Source: Rhodospirillales bacterium
Lineage (GTDB): Bacteria > Pseudomonadota > Alphaproteobacteria > Rhodospirillales > JAPHRK01
Direction of reading: 5' to 3'
Assembly: GCA_026196105.1 (NCBI GenBank)
Contig: JAPHRK010000050.1
Location: forward strand, 1,455-65,454
DNA length: 64,000 nt
Part shown: positions 1-10,071 of the stretch, one piece after another
How the letters are laid out: each line of letters opens with the position of its first letter
Numbering within the stretch: position 1 is the first letter of the stretch
The notes under the pieces: generated by a model
What the model was told of the DNA's origin: nothing
Database searches by the model: none
What the model saw: the letters and a program-made list of their open reading frames with translations, nothing else
Translations under genes and position numbers: made by a program

Positions 1-284
1 GCTTTACAGTTCCAGTGAAGGGTACTGTCAGTCATTTTGTGCAGTTGGATGGTGGTGCGAACTTTGTCGCCATAGGCTGCGGGACCGATAAAGCGGAAGT
101 GGACGTCACCCATGACGAAGGCGGTACGGGATTCTTTAATCAACTTATTAGTTGGAAAGCCTAGTGCGCGCAAAAGTTCATGTTCAGCCTCGTTAAACCA
201 AGTGAACATCATTGGGTAATAAACAAGACCAAAAGGATCGGACTCGCCCCAGGCGACAGTCAGTTCACGGGAATACATAATCAT
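1..284 (-). CDS. acyl-CoA thioesterase, 4HBT/YbgC-like hotdog fold (C-terminal part cut by window edge)
   Basis: Manual minus-strand translation from the ATG at 282-284 gives MIMYSRELTVAWGESDPFGLVYYPMMFTWFNEAEHELLRALGF...MGDVHFRFIGPAAYGDKVRTT. The frame stays open to position 1. The pattern is typical of 4-hydroxybenzoyl-CoA thioesterase-type proteins. It is absent from the ORF track because it runs off the edge. Confidence 0.6.
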   Translation of the reverse strand, partial: MIMYSRELTVAWGESDPFGLVYYPMMFTWFNEAEHELLRALGFPTNKLIKESRTAFVMGDVHFRFIGPAAYGDKVRTTIQLHKMTDSTLHWNCK

Positions 285-312
285 AGGAATTGGGACTTTC
301 TTAAATTTGTTG

Positions 313-333
313 AATTTTACGCTAAGTAAATTT
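313..333. promoter_or_regulatory. 8-5-8 palindrome AATTTTAC-GCTAA-GTAAAATT in a divergent promoter region, candidate operator
   Basis: Perfect inverted repeat read directly from the sequence. It lies between the thioesterase start (284, minus) and the MFS start (418, plus). TTTACTC recurs at 333-339 and 354-360, 21 bp apart. Confidence 0.25.
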
Positions 334-417
334 TACTCGGTAGTTCATAGATATTTACTCTACAGAATAAAAGCAAAATCTCTGGTCATATGAACAAGAG
401 AGGATCATAAAGGGGAT

Positions 418-1635
418 ATGCCTCTTTCATCTAATACGTCAAAACCCCTCCCTCCTTTTCTGATCTTGGTTGGTTTATTAACCATCTTGGCGGCTTTGGG
501 TCAAATGTCGACTTCACTCTATACCCCGTCCTTTCCGGCGATTGGGGTAGATTTGCAGGCTTCTCCAGAGCAGGTGAACCTCACATTGGCAGTTTTCTTT
601 TTTGGGTTTTCATTTTCCCAGTTGATTTACGGCCCACTGTCTGATCGCTTTGGTCGGCGGCGAATGTTAATGGTAGGAATTACAATCTATGCCGTCGCCA
701 GTTTAGCCTGCGCCTATGCTTCTTCCATTGAGACGTTGATCGCTCTCAGGTTTTGTCAGGCTTTAGGGGCTTCTGCCGGGCCGGTTCTCTCCCGAGCAGT
801 CGTTCGGGATTTATATAGTGGAGATCGAGCGGCACAGATTTTTGCTTATGTGGGCTTTGCCTTTGCTATCGTTCCGGCCCTTTTCCCTGCTATTGGAGGG
901 TATTTACAAAGTTGGTTTGGCTGGCAGTCTAATTTTTTCTTCCTAACGGTCATGGCCTTAATCGTTGGGTTGATGGTTTGGTTTATTCTGCCTGAGACCA
1001 ATAAGGATGTGGTAGATCGTACCATACCGACAGAGTCTTTGATTTCATCTTATGGCCTACTTTTGCGCAACCGCGTTTTCTTGGGATACATGTTGTTGGT
1101 TGGGGGTGTTTTTGCCGGGCTCATGGCATTTACCGCCTCCGCACCTTTCCTGATAATCGAGACCTTGGGAATATCGGCAAAAACCTATGGTGTGATGATT
1201 GCAGCGACAGTGGTCGGTTTCTTGAGCGGAACTATTCTGGCCGGACGTTTAGCGAAAAAAATTGGTGTCCGCCGTATGGCGTTTTTCGGGGCATCACTTG
1301 CTGTAGCAGGTGCCTTTGTAGGGGTTGGTCTATCCCTCAGTGGTATATTTAACCCCTATACAATTATTGGCCCTATGCTGATTTTCTTAGCAGGTCTTGG
1401 TTTGGTCTTTCCTAGCGGAATGGCAGGGGCCATGGAGCCGTACCCCCGTATCGCTGGCTCGGCTTCAGGCTTGATGGGGTGTTTTCAAATGCTCTTTGCC
1501 ACGGCTGGCAGCATGGCTTCCGGATGGATTCCTCACGATACCCAATTGCCATTAGCTCTCCTGATTATGGGCTGCACTTTAATTGGGTTTATTGGGTTGA
1601 TGGCTTTAGTAAAGCCGTTGAGAAGCAGTTCATGA
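418..1635 (+). CDS. MFS transporter, Bcr/CflA-type drug resistance subfamily
   Basis: 405 aa with about 12 hydrophobic segments. It carries the MFS signature GPLSDRFGRRRMLMVG between TM2 and TM3. Confidence 0.85.
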   Translation: MPLSSNTSKPLPPFLILVGLLTILAALGQMSTSLYTPSFPAIGVDLQASPEQVNLTLAVFFFGFSFSQLIYGPLSDRFGRRRMLMVGITIYAVASLACAYASSIETLIALRFCQALGASAGPVLSRAVVRDLYSGDRAAQIFAYVGFAFAIVPALFPAIGGYLQSWFGWQSNFFFLTVMALIVGLMVWFILPETNKDVVDRTIPTESLISSYGLLLRNRVFLGYMLLVGGVFAGLMAFTASAPFLIIETLGISAKTYGVMIAATVVGFLSGTILAGRLAKKIGVRRMAFFGASLAVAGAFVGVGLSLSGIFNPYTIIGPMLIFLAGLGLVFPSGMAGAMEPYPRIAGSASGLMGCFQMLFATAGSMASGWIPHDTQLPLALLIMGCTLIGFIGLMALVKPLRSSS

Positions 1636-1690
1636 AATTATCTGATAAAATTATGACCCCTGTATGGGGCCATAATATCCAAATTTGAAC

Positions 1691-4135
1691 TTAGTGAGAA
1701 TCGGTATATTCTGTTAAATGATTATTGGCATATTCTGTTAAATGACGGTCCTCACCTTCGGCATGTTTTTGCCACCAATTACTAAGGAGGCTCATAAGCT
1801 CAAGTGCGTGCGAGGTATCGCCAGTATTGAAATCAGCCTCGAGTTCACGGAGGCGTTGCAAAAATAATCTATGATCATTTCGATGCTCTTGTAAACGAGC
1901 GTAGCCACGTTGCTCCATGAATATCTCCTCACCTTTAAAGTGGTCAGCGTACTCACCTCTGATCATACTAATCTCGTCCGGGTTGATTTGAGAAATATCC
2001 CCAGATTTTATTTTACGGTACAGGTTGTTAATATGCCCGAGTAGTTTTTGGTGATCTTGGTCAATCGATGAAATACCTGTTTCGTATTCGTTAGTCCAAG
2101 GAAGTAACTCAGCATTTTCAACATTGTCGTGTTGGACCTCGCGCAAAAATGAGGCTACACGGCTTTGAAGGTTACTCGTTTGCTCAGAAAGCTTACTTGA
2201 TGAATGTGAAATTTCATCTGCTGCGACATCAGATTTCTCTGCGGCATTGAGTACATCAGCAATCGAAACAGAAACGCTTTGTGTGCCACTAGCAGCCTGC
2301 TCAACATTGCGGGCAATTTCTTGCGTGGCCGCTCCTTGTTCTTCAACAGCAGCAGAAATTGATGAAGAAATTTCGCTAATATTCCCAATCACCCCTGAAA
2401 TGCTGTTGATTGCCTGAACTGCTTCCTGTGTTGATCTTTGAACTTCAGATATTTGTGCGCTGATCTCATCAGTCGCGCTTGATGTTTGGGTAGCTAAATT
2501 TTTAACTTCGCTTGCAACAACAGCAAAGCCTTTACCTGCATCTCCGGCCCTTGCGGCTTCAATTGTCGCATTCAAAGCCAAAAGATTTGTTTGATCAGCA
2601 ATATCATTGATGAGCGAAACGACTTCACCAATTTTACTCACGTTTTCTTCTAAAACCCGAATTTGTTCAGACGTTTTATCCGCTTCATGAACAGCCTGTT
2701 CAGATACGCTATTTGACTGCAAAACTTGGCGGCTTATTTCGGATATTGAAGAGGAAAGCTCCTCTGCAGCACTTGCTACAGTTTCAACATTTGTACTTGC
2801 TTCGCTTGCGGCAGATGCAACGGCTTCAGATTCATTCTTCGTACTTTCTGAAGTGGCTTTAACATCCGTGGCCGCTTTCCTCATGGAACGGTCAGCCTCT
2901 GTTAAACTATCAAGAACAGAAACAATTGTAAGTTCAAAATCTTGAATGAGTTTTTGAATACGAATACTCTCGTTTTCTTTTTCGGCATCCTCAAGCTTTT
3001 GCTTCACAGAGAGTTCGTCAGCCTTAATCATGCTTTCTTTAAACACTTGAACAGCTTTTGCCATGAGGCCAACTTCGTCTCCATGGTCCTGGGCTGGGAT
3101 TTCGCTATCTTTTTGCCCTTCAGCTAAGCGTCCCATCACCGTGGTCATAGAAGTTATCGGTCTTGAAATGCCGGTACCAATGAAGAAAGCAGCCAAGAGG
3201 CCAGCTATGACAGCAATAACGGATATGATTGCTGTAATAGAGATCGCCTGATTAATGTCAAAAGCAGCGCGAGGGCCAAGCTCATCTTGCAATCCTTTAA
3301 TTGCCAATTTCAATTTTTCAACTTCATCTGCGACAATAGGGCCGATACGATCAAGTTCACCTTTGATGATTTTGTTGCGTTCATTAATGGTTTGGTAAAC
3401 GGTTTTGAACGCAGGCACATATTTAGCGTGCAGATCGTTAATCTCTTGAGCCAGTTGTTTGCGATGAGGGTTCTGGAGGTTTGCCAGTAAATCTTTTTCG
3501 TTCTGAGTCATTGCGGTCATTTCTTTTATGACTCGCTGATAGGAGTTCTGGTCATTTTCTACGAGAAATTTGGCCACATAAAGCCGACCAAGGAGAAGGT
3601 TGCGTAGAGTGATACCCGCCCTATAAGCACCTTCGGCATCCCCATCAGCAAAGGCACTTTCCATAATCTCGGTAAGCTTTTTCTCCATTTGAGGACCGGT
3701 AACATTAAGAACTTTGTTTACCAGATCATTCCGCTTTTCTTGCTTTACTGTAACTTTGTCAAATTGAGAAATATATTCTTTCAGTTGAATTTCGACTAAA
3801 TCAACAGTTTTCAGAAATTCAGGATCAGTTGTTAATTCCCGAGTTTTTGGAATCAACTCAAGGGTGGTTTGTGCTCGTTTGCGTACACCAGAGATGTTGT
3901 CTTTGCTGGCGCTGATGACAAAGTTTTTGACGAACAATCGTGTCATTAACATATTGGCTTGAATGCGGCCGGCCTGATTAGTTTGGCGGGCTAAACTTCG
4001 ATATTCAGTAAAATTATTTCCAGCGCCTTTAAGACTAAAGAAGCCAACAATGGCGATTATTAAAAGGAGTCCCAGTACCACCCCAAAACCACCATAAATT
4101 TTTCTGGATATTTTAATATTTTTTAATAACTGCAT
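1691..4135 (-). CDS. methyl-accepting chemotaxis protein with C-terminal hemerythrin-like domain
   Basis: 814 aa. There are two TM segments ([21 protein letters not shown] and [23 protein letters not shown]) flanking a helical periplasmic domain, followed by HAMP. The MCP signalling hairpin is [36 protein letters not shown]. The C-terminal roughly 130 aa carry hemerythrin metal ligand motifs ([27 protein letters not shown]). Confidence 0.9.
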   Translation of the reverse strand: MQLLKNIKISRKIYGGFGVVLGLLLIIAIVGFFSLKGAGNNFTEYRSLARQTNQAGRIQANMLMTRLFVKNFVISASKDNISGVRKRAQTTLELIPKTRELTTDPEFLKTVDLVEIQLKEYISQFDKVTVKQEKRNDLVNKVLNVTGPQMEKKLTEIMESAFADGDAEGAYRAGITLRNLLLGRLYVAKFLVENDQNSYQRVIKEMTAMTQNEKDLLANLQNPHRKQLAQEINDLHAKYVPAFKTVYQTINERNKIIKGELDRIGPIVADEVEKLKLAIKGLQDELGPRAAFDINQAISITAIISVIAVIAGLLAAFFIGTGISRPITSMTTVMGRLAEGQKDSEIPAQDHGDEVGLMAKAVQVFKESMIKADELSVKQKLEDAEKENESIRIQKLIQDFELTIVSVLDSLTEADRSMRKAATDVKATSESTKNESEAVASAASEASTNVETVASAAEELSSSISEISRQVLQSNSVSEQAVHEADKTSEQIRVLEENVSKIGEVVSLINDIADQTNLLALNATIEAARAGDAGKGFAVVASEVKNLATQTSSATDEISAQISEVQRSTQEAVQAINSISGVIGNISEISSSISAAVEEQGAATQEIARNVEQAASGTQSVSVSIADVLNAAEKSDVAADEISHSSSKLSEQTSNLQSRVASFLREVQHDNVENAELLPWTNEYETGISSIDQDHQKLLGHINNLYRKIKSGDISQINPDEISMIRGEYADHFKGEEIFMEQRGYARLQEHRNDHRLFLQRLRELEADFNTGDTSHALELMSLLSNWWQKHAEGEDRHLTEYANNHLTEYTDSH

Positions 4136-4328
4136 GACTTTTTCCAGTAGTTTGATTAGAACATTTTTCTACTACTTTAAGTTATCATGATTCACTTATT
4201 TTTTCTCTTAAAAGATTTATAAAAGGGCCGCCACCTGATTTTTTCCCTCCCAAGAGTTGAGAATCCTTGCCCTCTGTTTTAACCCCCATTATGACCATCT
4301 AAATGCCTAACCAGTAGGATTCTGAGAA

Positions 4329-4868
4329 ATGATCAAAATCGTCCGTGCAAAACTTCATGGTCTTCGGGTAACCGGAGCCGACCTTAATTATCACGGTTCC
4401 ATCACCTTGGACCCGGAGCAATGTGAGTTATCAGGGATTTATCCCATGGAGTTTGTCGAGATTTGGAACAAGTCGAGTGGGGCTCGGATTACCACCTACG
4501 TGATCTATGGGGAACCAGGCTCTCGGTGCTGTATCCTAAATGGTGCAGCGGCACGGACTTGTCAAAAAGGTGATGAGCTGATTATTGCTGCGTCTGACTA
4601 CTGTGACCCCAGCCAGCTTTATGAGATCAAGCCTCGCATTTTGACCTATCTGCCCAACAATGAGGTCGATCAGGTGCTCAATTATGACGTCTTCGCCTCA
4701 AAAGAACGTCCTTATGATTTCCGTATTGTCGATGTAGACAAACACACCATTGAAGATTGCCACACTTACCCCAACGTCGATGTTGCTGCGATCCGCAACA
4801 ATCTTGCCGATAAAGGTTGGAGCCCAGAAGAAATTGAGGCCTTTGTTGCCAGCCACTTTACGCTGTAG
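4329..4868 (+). CDS. panD: aspartate 1-decarboxylase (pyruvoyl-dependent) with about 50-aa C-terminal extension
   Basis: The N-terminal roughly 120 aa match the PanD pattern ([28 protein letters not shown] with the Gly-Ser self-cleavage site, then ILNGAAAR). Total length is 179 aa, against about 126 aa for classical PanD. Confidence 0.85.
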   Translation: MIKIVRAKLHGLRVTGADLNYHGSITLDPEQCELSGIYPMEFVEIWNKSSGARITTYVIYGEPGSRCCILNGAAARTCQKGDELIIAASDYCDPSQLYEIKPRILTYLPNNEVDQVLNYDVFASKERPYDFRIVDVDKHTIEDCHTYPNVDVAAIRNNLADKGWSPEEIEAFVASHFTL

Positions 4869-6729
4869 CAGCGGTTTCACCTTTGGCAGGTTTTGTGACT
4901 TCATCTTCTTCAATGGTTGCAAATAACTTTGCGATCCGTTTGAGGAAATAATAAATACGCTTGAAGCGTTCGATCATTTCTCTCTCTCGATTATAGAGGG
5001 CACGATCAGCAGCATTGGTTGAGGCTATTAAAGATTCGATGCCGTTGAGGGTTACTTCACTCACAGTGGCATCAATAGACCCTTTCATGGCGATGACCCG
5101 ATTAGCTGCATCAGCATCTGTGCTTATAATTGCTTCTAAAGTTTCATCTAAAGCGGTACCAATTTGGCTATGTAATTTTGAGAGCCGATTTATGCTGGCT
5201 TTGCTGAACTTCATATTATGGTCAACACGGTCCATACCAATGCTGACCAAATCAGTTTCAATCAAATCGCCAATATTCTCAAAATAGTTCACCGCCTCCA
5301 TCATGGCATAGAAATGATGACCTTGTTCTTTGCTCAAATTATCCATGCCGATGGCTTGCAAATAACTAATGGTTTGGGCATGGAGGCTATCAACCTCCTC
5401 ATCCATTTTTTCAACCTTTTTCAAGTCTGCCAAGCTCCCTTGCAAGGTCGCTGGCAGGGCCGCGAAAAACATACTGCGAACCCGATGTCCTATGCGTTCA
5501 ATTTCCATCCCCACCCGATCAAGGGCCAGAACAGGTGTTTCAAGCAATTCTGGATCAAGATATTTGGTTTGGACCCGCGCTGCTGCTGTTTCTGTCTCCG
5601 TCAGAGGTTTATCTGGAACAACCCATTCACAAAACCGGGCAAACATAGGCGCTGCCGGGAGGAAGAGAAGGGCCATGGAGATGTTAAAGATGGTGTGGGC
5701 ATTAGCAATTTGCCGTGGCGTTTCAGCAGCTAGTCGTTCCATACCTTCTAAGTGGGAGTAATCTGGGGAGGCCCACCTGACCAGATCAGCAAACCAGGGG
5801 ATAAACCAAACCACGAGTAACACACCACTGATATTAAAGGCTGTATGGGCTACCGCCACTCGAACCGCTTCACGGGGTTTGCCAATGGCGGCAAGACCCG
5901 CTGTAACACAGGTGCCCACATTGGCTCCGAACAACAAAGCAATCCCGCCTTCCAACGATACCAAGCCCTGGATCGCCATGGCTAAAACCACGCCTGTTGT
6001 CGCTGACGACGATTGCACCAAGGCTGTGAAAGTCATCGCCACGGCGATACCAATAAGCGGGTTAGAGACATTCTGCATCAGGTCAATGAAGGGTTCGTAA
6101 GCCCGAAGGGGCTTCATGCCATTGCTCATAATGCTGAGGCCGAAAAAAACCAAACCAAGGCCCATAATCAAGGCCCCGTAATGTTTCATCTTATCTTTGC
6201 GGCCCATAAACAGCATGCCAAAGCCAACTGCAACCAACAGCAAGGAGTATTTTGTGACTTTAAAAGCAATAATCTGAGCGGTAATGGTGGTGCCAATATT
6301 CGCCCCGAAAATCACCCCAACCGACTGAGAGAGGGACATCAGATTGGCGGTAACAAAGCCCACCAGCATCACGGTGGTCACAGAGGAAGATTGAATAATA
6401 GCAGTGACAAACGCCCCGGTGAGCATGCCTGTAAAACGGTTTGTCGTGAGCTTAGCCAAGATGACCTTCATGCGGTCACCAGCGACGATTTTAAGAGCTT
6501 CCCCCATCTGTTCCATGCCAAAGAGGAAGACCGCTAAGCCTCCTGCTAAGGTCATGACCATTTTGAACACATCCAAGGTCGCTTCGTCGGTTCCGGCGGC
6601 TTGAGCCGGGTTGATCATCACAGAGACCACAAGGCCTAAGCCTAAAATCAACCCAATACGTGTCTTGATATCACTCTTCTTGAAAAGCAGCGGAATATTC
6701 AAACTTGATGTTACGTTACTCATTCTCAC
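4858..6729 (-). CDS. Na/Pi cotransporter family protein with C-terminal PhoU-like domains
   Basis: 623 aa. It has a polytopic N-terminal half with duplicated Na_Pi_cotrans-like motifs ([15 protein letters not shown]). The C-terminal half is helical and PhoU-like. Confidence 0.85.
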   Translation of the reverse strand: MRMSNVTSSLNIPLLFKKSDIKTRIGLILGLGLVVSVMINPAQAAGTDEATLDVFKMVMTLAGGLAVFLFGMEQMGEALKIVAGDRMKVILAKLTTNRFTGMLTGAFVTAIIQSSSVTTVMLVGFVTANLMSLSQSVGVIFGANIGTTITAQIIAFKVTKYSLLLVAVGFGMLFMGRKDKMKHYGALIMGLGLVFFGLSIMSNGMKPLRAYEPFIDLMQNVSNPLIGIAVAMTFTALVQSSSATTGVVLAMAIQGLVSLEGGIALLFGANVGTCVTAGLAAIGKPREAVRVAVAHTAFNISGVLLVVWFIPWFADLVRWASPDYSHLEGMERLAAETPRQIANAHTIFNISMALLFLPAAPMFARFCEWVVPDKPLTETETAAARVQTKYLDPELLETPVLALDRVGMEIERIGHRVRSMFFAALPATLQGSLADLKKVEKMDEEVDSLHAQTISYLQAIGMDNLSKEQGHHFYAMMEAVNYFENIGDLIETDLVSIGMDRVDHNMKFSKASINRLSKLHSQIGTALDETLEAIISTDADAANRVIAMKGSIDATVSEVTLNGIESLIASTNAADRALYNREREMIERFKRIYYFLKRIAKLFATIEEDEVTKPAKGETAATA

Positions 6730-6741
6730 TGCTCCTTCTCT

Positions 6742-7221
6742 TTAAGGCCTTTGATCCTTTTTGACAGACAATACCGGCACGGTGGCCTGTTGGACCACTT
6801 CCTCAGCAATGGAGCCGAACAATACTTTCTTAAGCTGTGACTGCCCCGTCGCCCCCATAACAATCATCATGGCGTCATGCTTTTTTACGGTTTTGAGGAT
6901 ACGTTGAGCGGGAAGGCCTTTTTCAACCTTTGTGGTGATGCGCTTCGCCATATATTTGGGAATAATTGATTGAATTCGCTTGAAAAATTTTTTCATCATC
7001 CGTTGGGCAACGTCTTCATGGGGGCGGTTGAGGTTCTTTTTGCCCTTATTATAAAACCCAGGCGTTTCAGCAGGGTCATGAACCGCGTGATAAATGATGA
7101 TATCGGTGTCAAACTTCTTAGCTAAAGTGCAGGCCCACATCACCGCCTTAACTGAACTTTTTGAAAAATCAACAGGTGCCAGAATTGGCCCTTTAGCCTT
7201 CTTACCCTTACCCTTTGCCAT
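6742..7221 (-). CDS. universal stress protein (UspA family)
   Basis: 159 aa with a USP pattern (ILAPVDFS..., ...MIVMGATGQSQLKKVLFGSIAEEVVQQATVPVL). It lies 12 nt upstream of the Na/Pi gene and is probably co-transcribed with it. Confidence 0.8.
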   Translation of the reverse strand: MAKGKGKKAKGPILAPVDFSKSSVKAVMWACTLAKKFDTDIIIYHAVHDPAETPGFYNKGKKNLNRPHEDVAQRMMKKFFKRIQSIIPKYMAKRITTKVEKGLPAQRILKTVKKHDAMMIVMGATGQSQLKKVLFGSIAEEVVQQATVPVLSVKKDQRP

Positions 7222-7391
7222 CTGACCCCTCCTTTGGTTTCACCGTGCCCCAATAAAAATCGAAGCCCGAGAAATATCAAACTGCAAGGGTTTCAGTTTG
7301 GGACAAACCAAGTAAAGAAGTAAAGAGTTTCCTTGAAGATAAAGGGATTATCATGGGCTTCCGGCACTAGTGGGCGGAGCCCGCAGAGCCT

Positions 7392-7571
7392 CTAGGCAGC
7401 TTTGGCAGAGAGTTCGCGTTTTACGTCGCGCCAGACGCTGAGGCCGTAGTTGTCGCCGCTTTCTTGCATGGCGATGGCTTTTTCGACAGCAATGAGCAAG
7501 GCTTCACGAACACCGTGTTGTTGGATGAGGTATTGAGCAATTTCTTGGGGGTCGTCAGCGGGGCTATTCAT
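7392..7571 (-). CDS. small hypothetical protein (59 aa)
   Basis: This is the non-overlapping part of track ORF 7392..7829, starting at the ATG 7569-7571 (MNSPADDPQEIAQYLIQQHGVREALLIAVEKAIAMQESGDNYGLSVWRDVKRELSAKAA). The sequence is helical and non-repetitive. The SD is weak or distant (AGGAA about 12 nt upstream). Confidence 0.3.
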   Translation of the reverse strand: MNSPADDPQEIAQYLIQQHGVREALLIAVEKAIAMQESGDNYGLSVWRDVKRELSAKAA

Positions 7572-7592
7572 TGAAGCGGGTATTCCTGTTTT

Positions 7593-7615
7593 CCCTCCCC
7601 CTTGTCGGGGGAGGG
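7593..7615. other. GC-rich hairpin CCCTCCCCC-TTGTC-GGGGGAGGG downstream of pheT
   Basis: Perfect 9-bp stem read from the sequence. It lies 39 nt after the pheT stop and has no U-tract on the minus strand, so it is not a canonical terminator. Confidence 0.4.
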
Positions 7616-7653
7616 GTGCTGGAGAGAGAAGATAAGTTAATGAAGCGGAGCTT

Positions 7654-10071
7654 CTAGCCGCGGAGTTCGCCGCCTGTGGCACCAACGACTTTGCCAATAA
7701 CCTTTTGAGCAATGGCTTCGATCTCGTCGTCTTTGAGGGTGCGCTCGGTGGGTTGCAGGGTGACATTGATAGCGATGGATTTTTTATCTTCGCCAAGGGA
7801 TGCCCCTTCAAACAGGTCGAACACGCCAACTTTGGTGATCAAGGTTTTGTCGGCCCCTTTAGCTGCTCGAACCACTTGCTCCGCCGTCACGTCTTTGCCA
7901 ATGACAAAAGCGAAGTCGCGCTCAACGGTATGGAACTGGGCAATTTTCAGTAATGGTTTGGTGGTCTTCTTGGGTTTTGCTTTTGGCAAATTCTCTAAGT
8001 AAATCTCAAAACCAACAATAGGCCCTTTGACCCCAAGTTGCTTGAGAATACCTGGGTGAATTTCACCGAACCAAGCGAGAATATTCTTAGGGCCAAGACG
8101 AAGTGAGCCAGCCCGACCAGGATGGTACCAGGCAGGGATATCATCGGTGAAAACTTGGAGGTTGCCAGTAGGAGCACCGATGGACTCAAGAACGGCTAAG
8201 GCATCGGCTTTGGCGTCAAAAGCATCAACATTACGAGGTTGTTGCGCCCAGTTGCGATCACCGGTTTTGCCGGAGCGAACACCTGTGGCGACGGTGCGTT
8301 GATCTTTGGGGCCATCGCCATGATATTCAGGGCCAACCTCGAACAAGCAAGCGTTCGGGTTATCATGGTCGTCGTTTTTGCCACATGCCACAATCAGGTT
8401 TGGCAGGATGGAAGGGCGCATGACGTTGAGGTCGGTGCTGATGGGGTTAACCAAACAAACGGCGTCTGCCCCGCCACCAAACATTTTGGCCTGTTCCATC
8501 GGGAGGAAAGAGTAAGTCACCGACTCGATCAATCCCCGTTGAGCCAGCATCCGGCGCGCCGTACTACGGTTTTTTTGGATCGGGGTTAGGGCTTGCACAG
8601 GCAAGTCGGTTTCGCGCTCAAGTGGGGTTGCCGGAATATGGGCGTACCCATAAAGGCGCACCACTTCTTCAACCAAACCAGCTTCACCTTCTAGTCCTGC
8701 TACAATATCAGGCCGCCAGGAAGGGGTGAGGACATCAAAGTCATTACCATTACGCACAACTTCACAGCCGACAACTTCCAAAATACGAACGATCTCATCA
8801 GCTGGAACTTTAACGCCCGTAATCTGCTCAACGCGCCCGGCCCGGAGGGTTAGTTTGTTGCGGATATCGGGGGCTGCGCCAGCAACAACGATTTCGCTGG
8901 GCTCACCACCGCAGAGTTCCATCACCAAATGGGTGGCTATTTCAGCACCATCGTAAGTGAAAACCGGATCAACACCACGCTCAAAACGGAAGCGGGCATC
9001 AGATTGTAAGTTAAGCTTCCGGCCTGTAATCGCGGTACGAATGGGATCGAAGTAAGCAGATTCGATGAAAACATCGGTTGTGTCGTCGGTACAGCCAGAA
9101 ATCTCACCGCCCATAACACCAGCAATGGCTTCGGCTTCTTTTTCATCGGCAATGACGGTCATTTCGCTGTCGAGTTCATATTCTTTGCCATCAAGAGCGA
9201 GAATTTTCTCTCCATCTTTGGCAAGGCGCACATGAATGTCACCTGTAAGACGGGCCACATCAAACACATGGAGCGGACGACCGAGATCGAAGGTTACCAA
9301 GTTGGTGATATCAACCAGCGCAGAGATCGGACGCAGGCCAATGGCGAGCAGACGATCTTTCAGCCACTGCGGGCTTTCACAGTTTTTAACGCCACGGACA
9401 TAACGCCCAACGAAGTAAGGACAAGCGTCTTTGGTCGCTTCATCAAAATCAAGATGAACTTTGATCGGACTCTCAAAGCTGCCGCCAGCTTTATCTGAGT
9501 TAAGGGCACGAAGTGTCCCTATGCCGGCAGCGGCGAGGTCACGGGCCACACCGCGCACACCGAGGCAGTCGCCCCGGTTGGGGGTGATGGCGATTTCGAT
9601 AACAGGATCATCAATGCCCATCACTTTGATGGCCTGAGCACCAACTTCCGCATCAGCAGGCAGGTCGACAATACCGTCGTGCTCGTCTGAGAGGTTCATT
9701 TCCCGCTCAGAGAGCATCATGCCAGAGCTTTCTACGCCGCGAATTTTGGCTTTTTTCAAAGTGACGTCGAGGCCTGGAATGTAGGTGCCCTCGGTAGCAA
9801 AAACCGCCTTCATGCCTTTGCGGGCATTGGGTGCGCCACAAACCACTTGGAAAGTTTCACTGCCATTGCTGACGGTGCAGACCTTGAGCTTATCAGCGTC
9901 AGGATGCTTGTCGGCTTCAAGGACTTCAGCCACGACAAAGGACTCGAGGCCCTTGGTGCGGTCTTCAACCCCTTCGACCTCAAGGCCGATCATGGTTAGG
10001 GTATCGACAACCTTTTGCAGGTCGGCATCGGTGTCGAGGTGGTCTTTGAGCCAGTTAAGAGTGAATTTCAT
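7654..10071 (-). CDS. pheT: phenylalanine--tRNA ligase beta subunit
   Basis: 805 aa starting [12 protein letters not shown], with tRNA-binding, B3/4, B5 and FDX-ACB-like regions. Its start overlaps the pheS stop (TAATG). Confidence 0.97.
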   Translation of the reverse strand: MKFTLNWLKDHLDTDADLQKVVDTLTMIGLEVEGVEDRTKGLESFVVAEVLEADKHPDADKLKVCTVSNGSETFQVVCGAPNARKGMKAVFATEGTYIPGLDVTLKKAKIRGVESSGMMLSEREMNLSDEHDGIVDLPADAEVGAQAIKVMGIDDPVIEIAITPNRGDCLGVRGVARDLAAAGIGTLRALNSDKAGGSFESPIKVHLDFDEATKDACPYFVGRYVRGVKNCESPQWLKDRLLAIGLRPISALVDITNLVTFDLGRPLHVFDVARLTGDIHVRLAKDGEKILALDGKEYELDSEMTVIADEKEAEAIAGVMGGEISGCTDDTTDVFIESAYFDPIRTAITGRKLNLQSDARFRFERGVDPVFTYDGAEIATHLVMELCGGEPSEIVVAGAAPDIRNKLTLRAGRVEQITGVKVPADEIVRILEVVGCEVVRNGNDFDVLTPSWRPDIVAGLEGEAGLVEEVVRLYGYAHIPATPLERETDLPVQALTPIQKNRSTARRMLAQRGLIESVTYSFLPMEQAKMFGGGADAVCLVNPISTDLNVMRPSILPNLIVACGKNDDHDNPNACLFEVGPEYHGDGPKDQRTVATGVRSGKTGDRNWAQQPRNVDAFDAKADALAVLESIGAPTGNLQVFTDDIPAWYHPGRAGSLRLGPKNILAWFGEIHPGILKQLGVKGPIVGFEIYLENLPKAKPKKTTKPLLKIAQFHTVERDFAFVIGKDVTAEQVVRAAKGADKTLITKVGVFDLFEGASLGEDKKSIAINVTLQPTERTLKDDEIEAIAQKVIGKVVGATGGELRG

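Noticed and set aside
7222-7391. Searched for a Pho box upstream of the usp-Na/Pi-PhoU pair. Found a tandem TCTTTACT TCTTTACT on the minus strand.
   Set aside because: The 8-bp tandem does not match the 7-bp direct repeats with 11-bp phasing (CTGTCAT-like) expected for PhoB. There is too little evidence to call a regulatory site.
7392-7829. 145-aa track ORF overlapping the 3' end of pheT.
   Set aside because: The upstream 86 codons overlap pheT and read through a GC hairpin (…SPAPLPRQGGG…). Only the distal 59 codons are kept, and only as a low-confidence small ORF.
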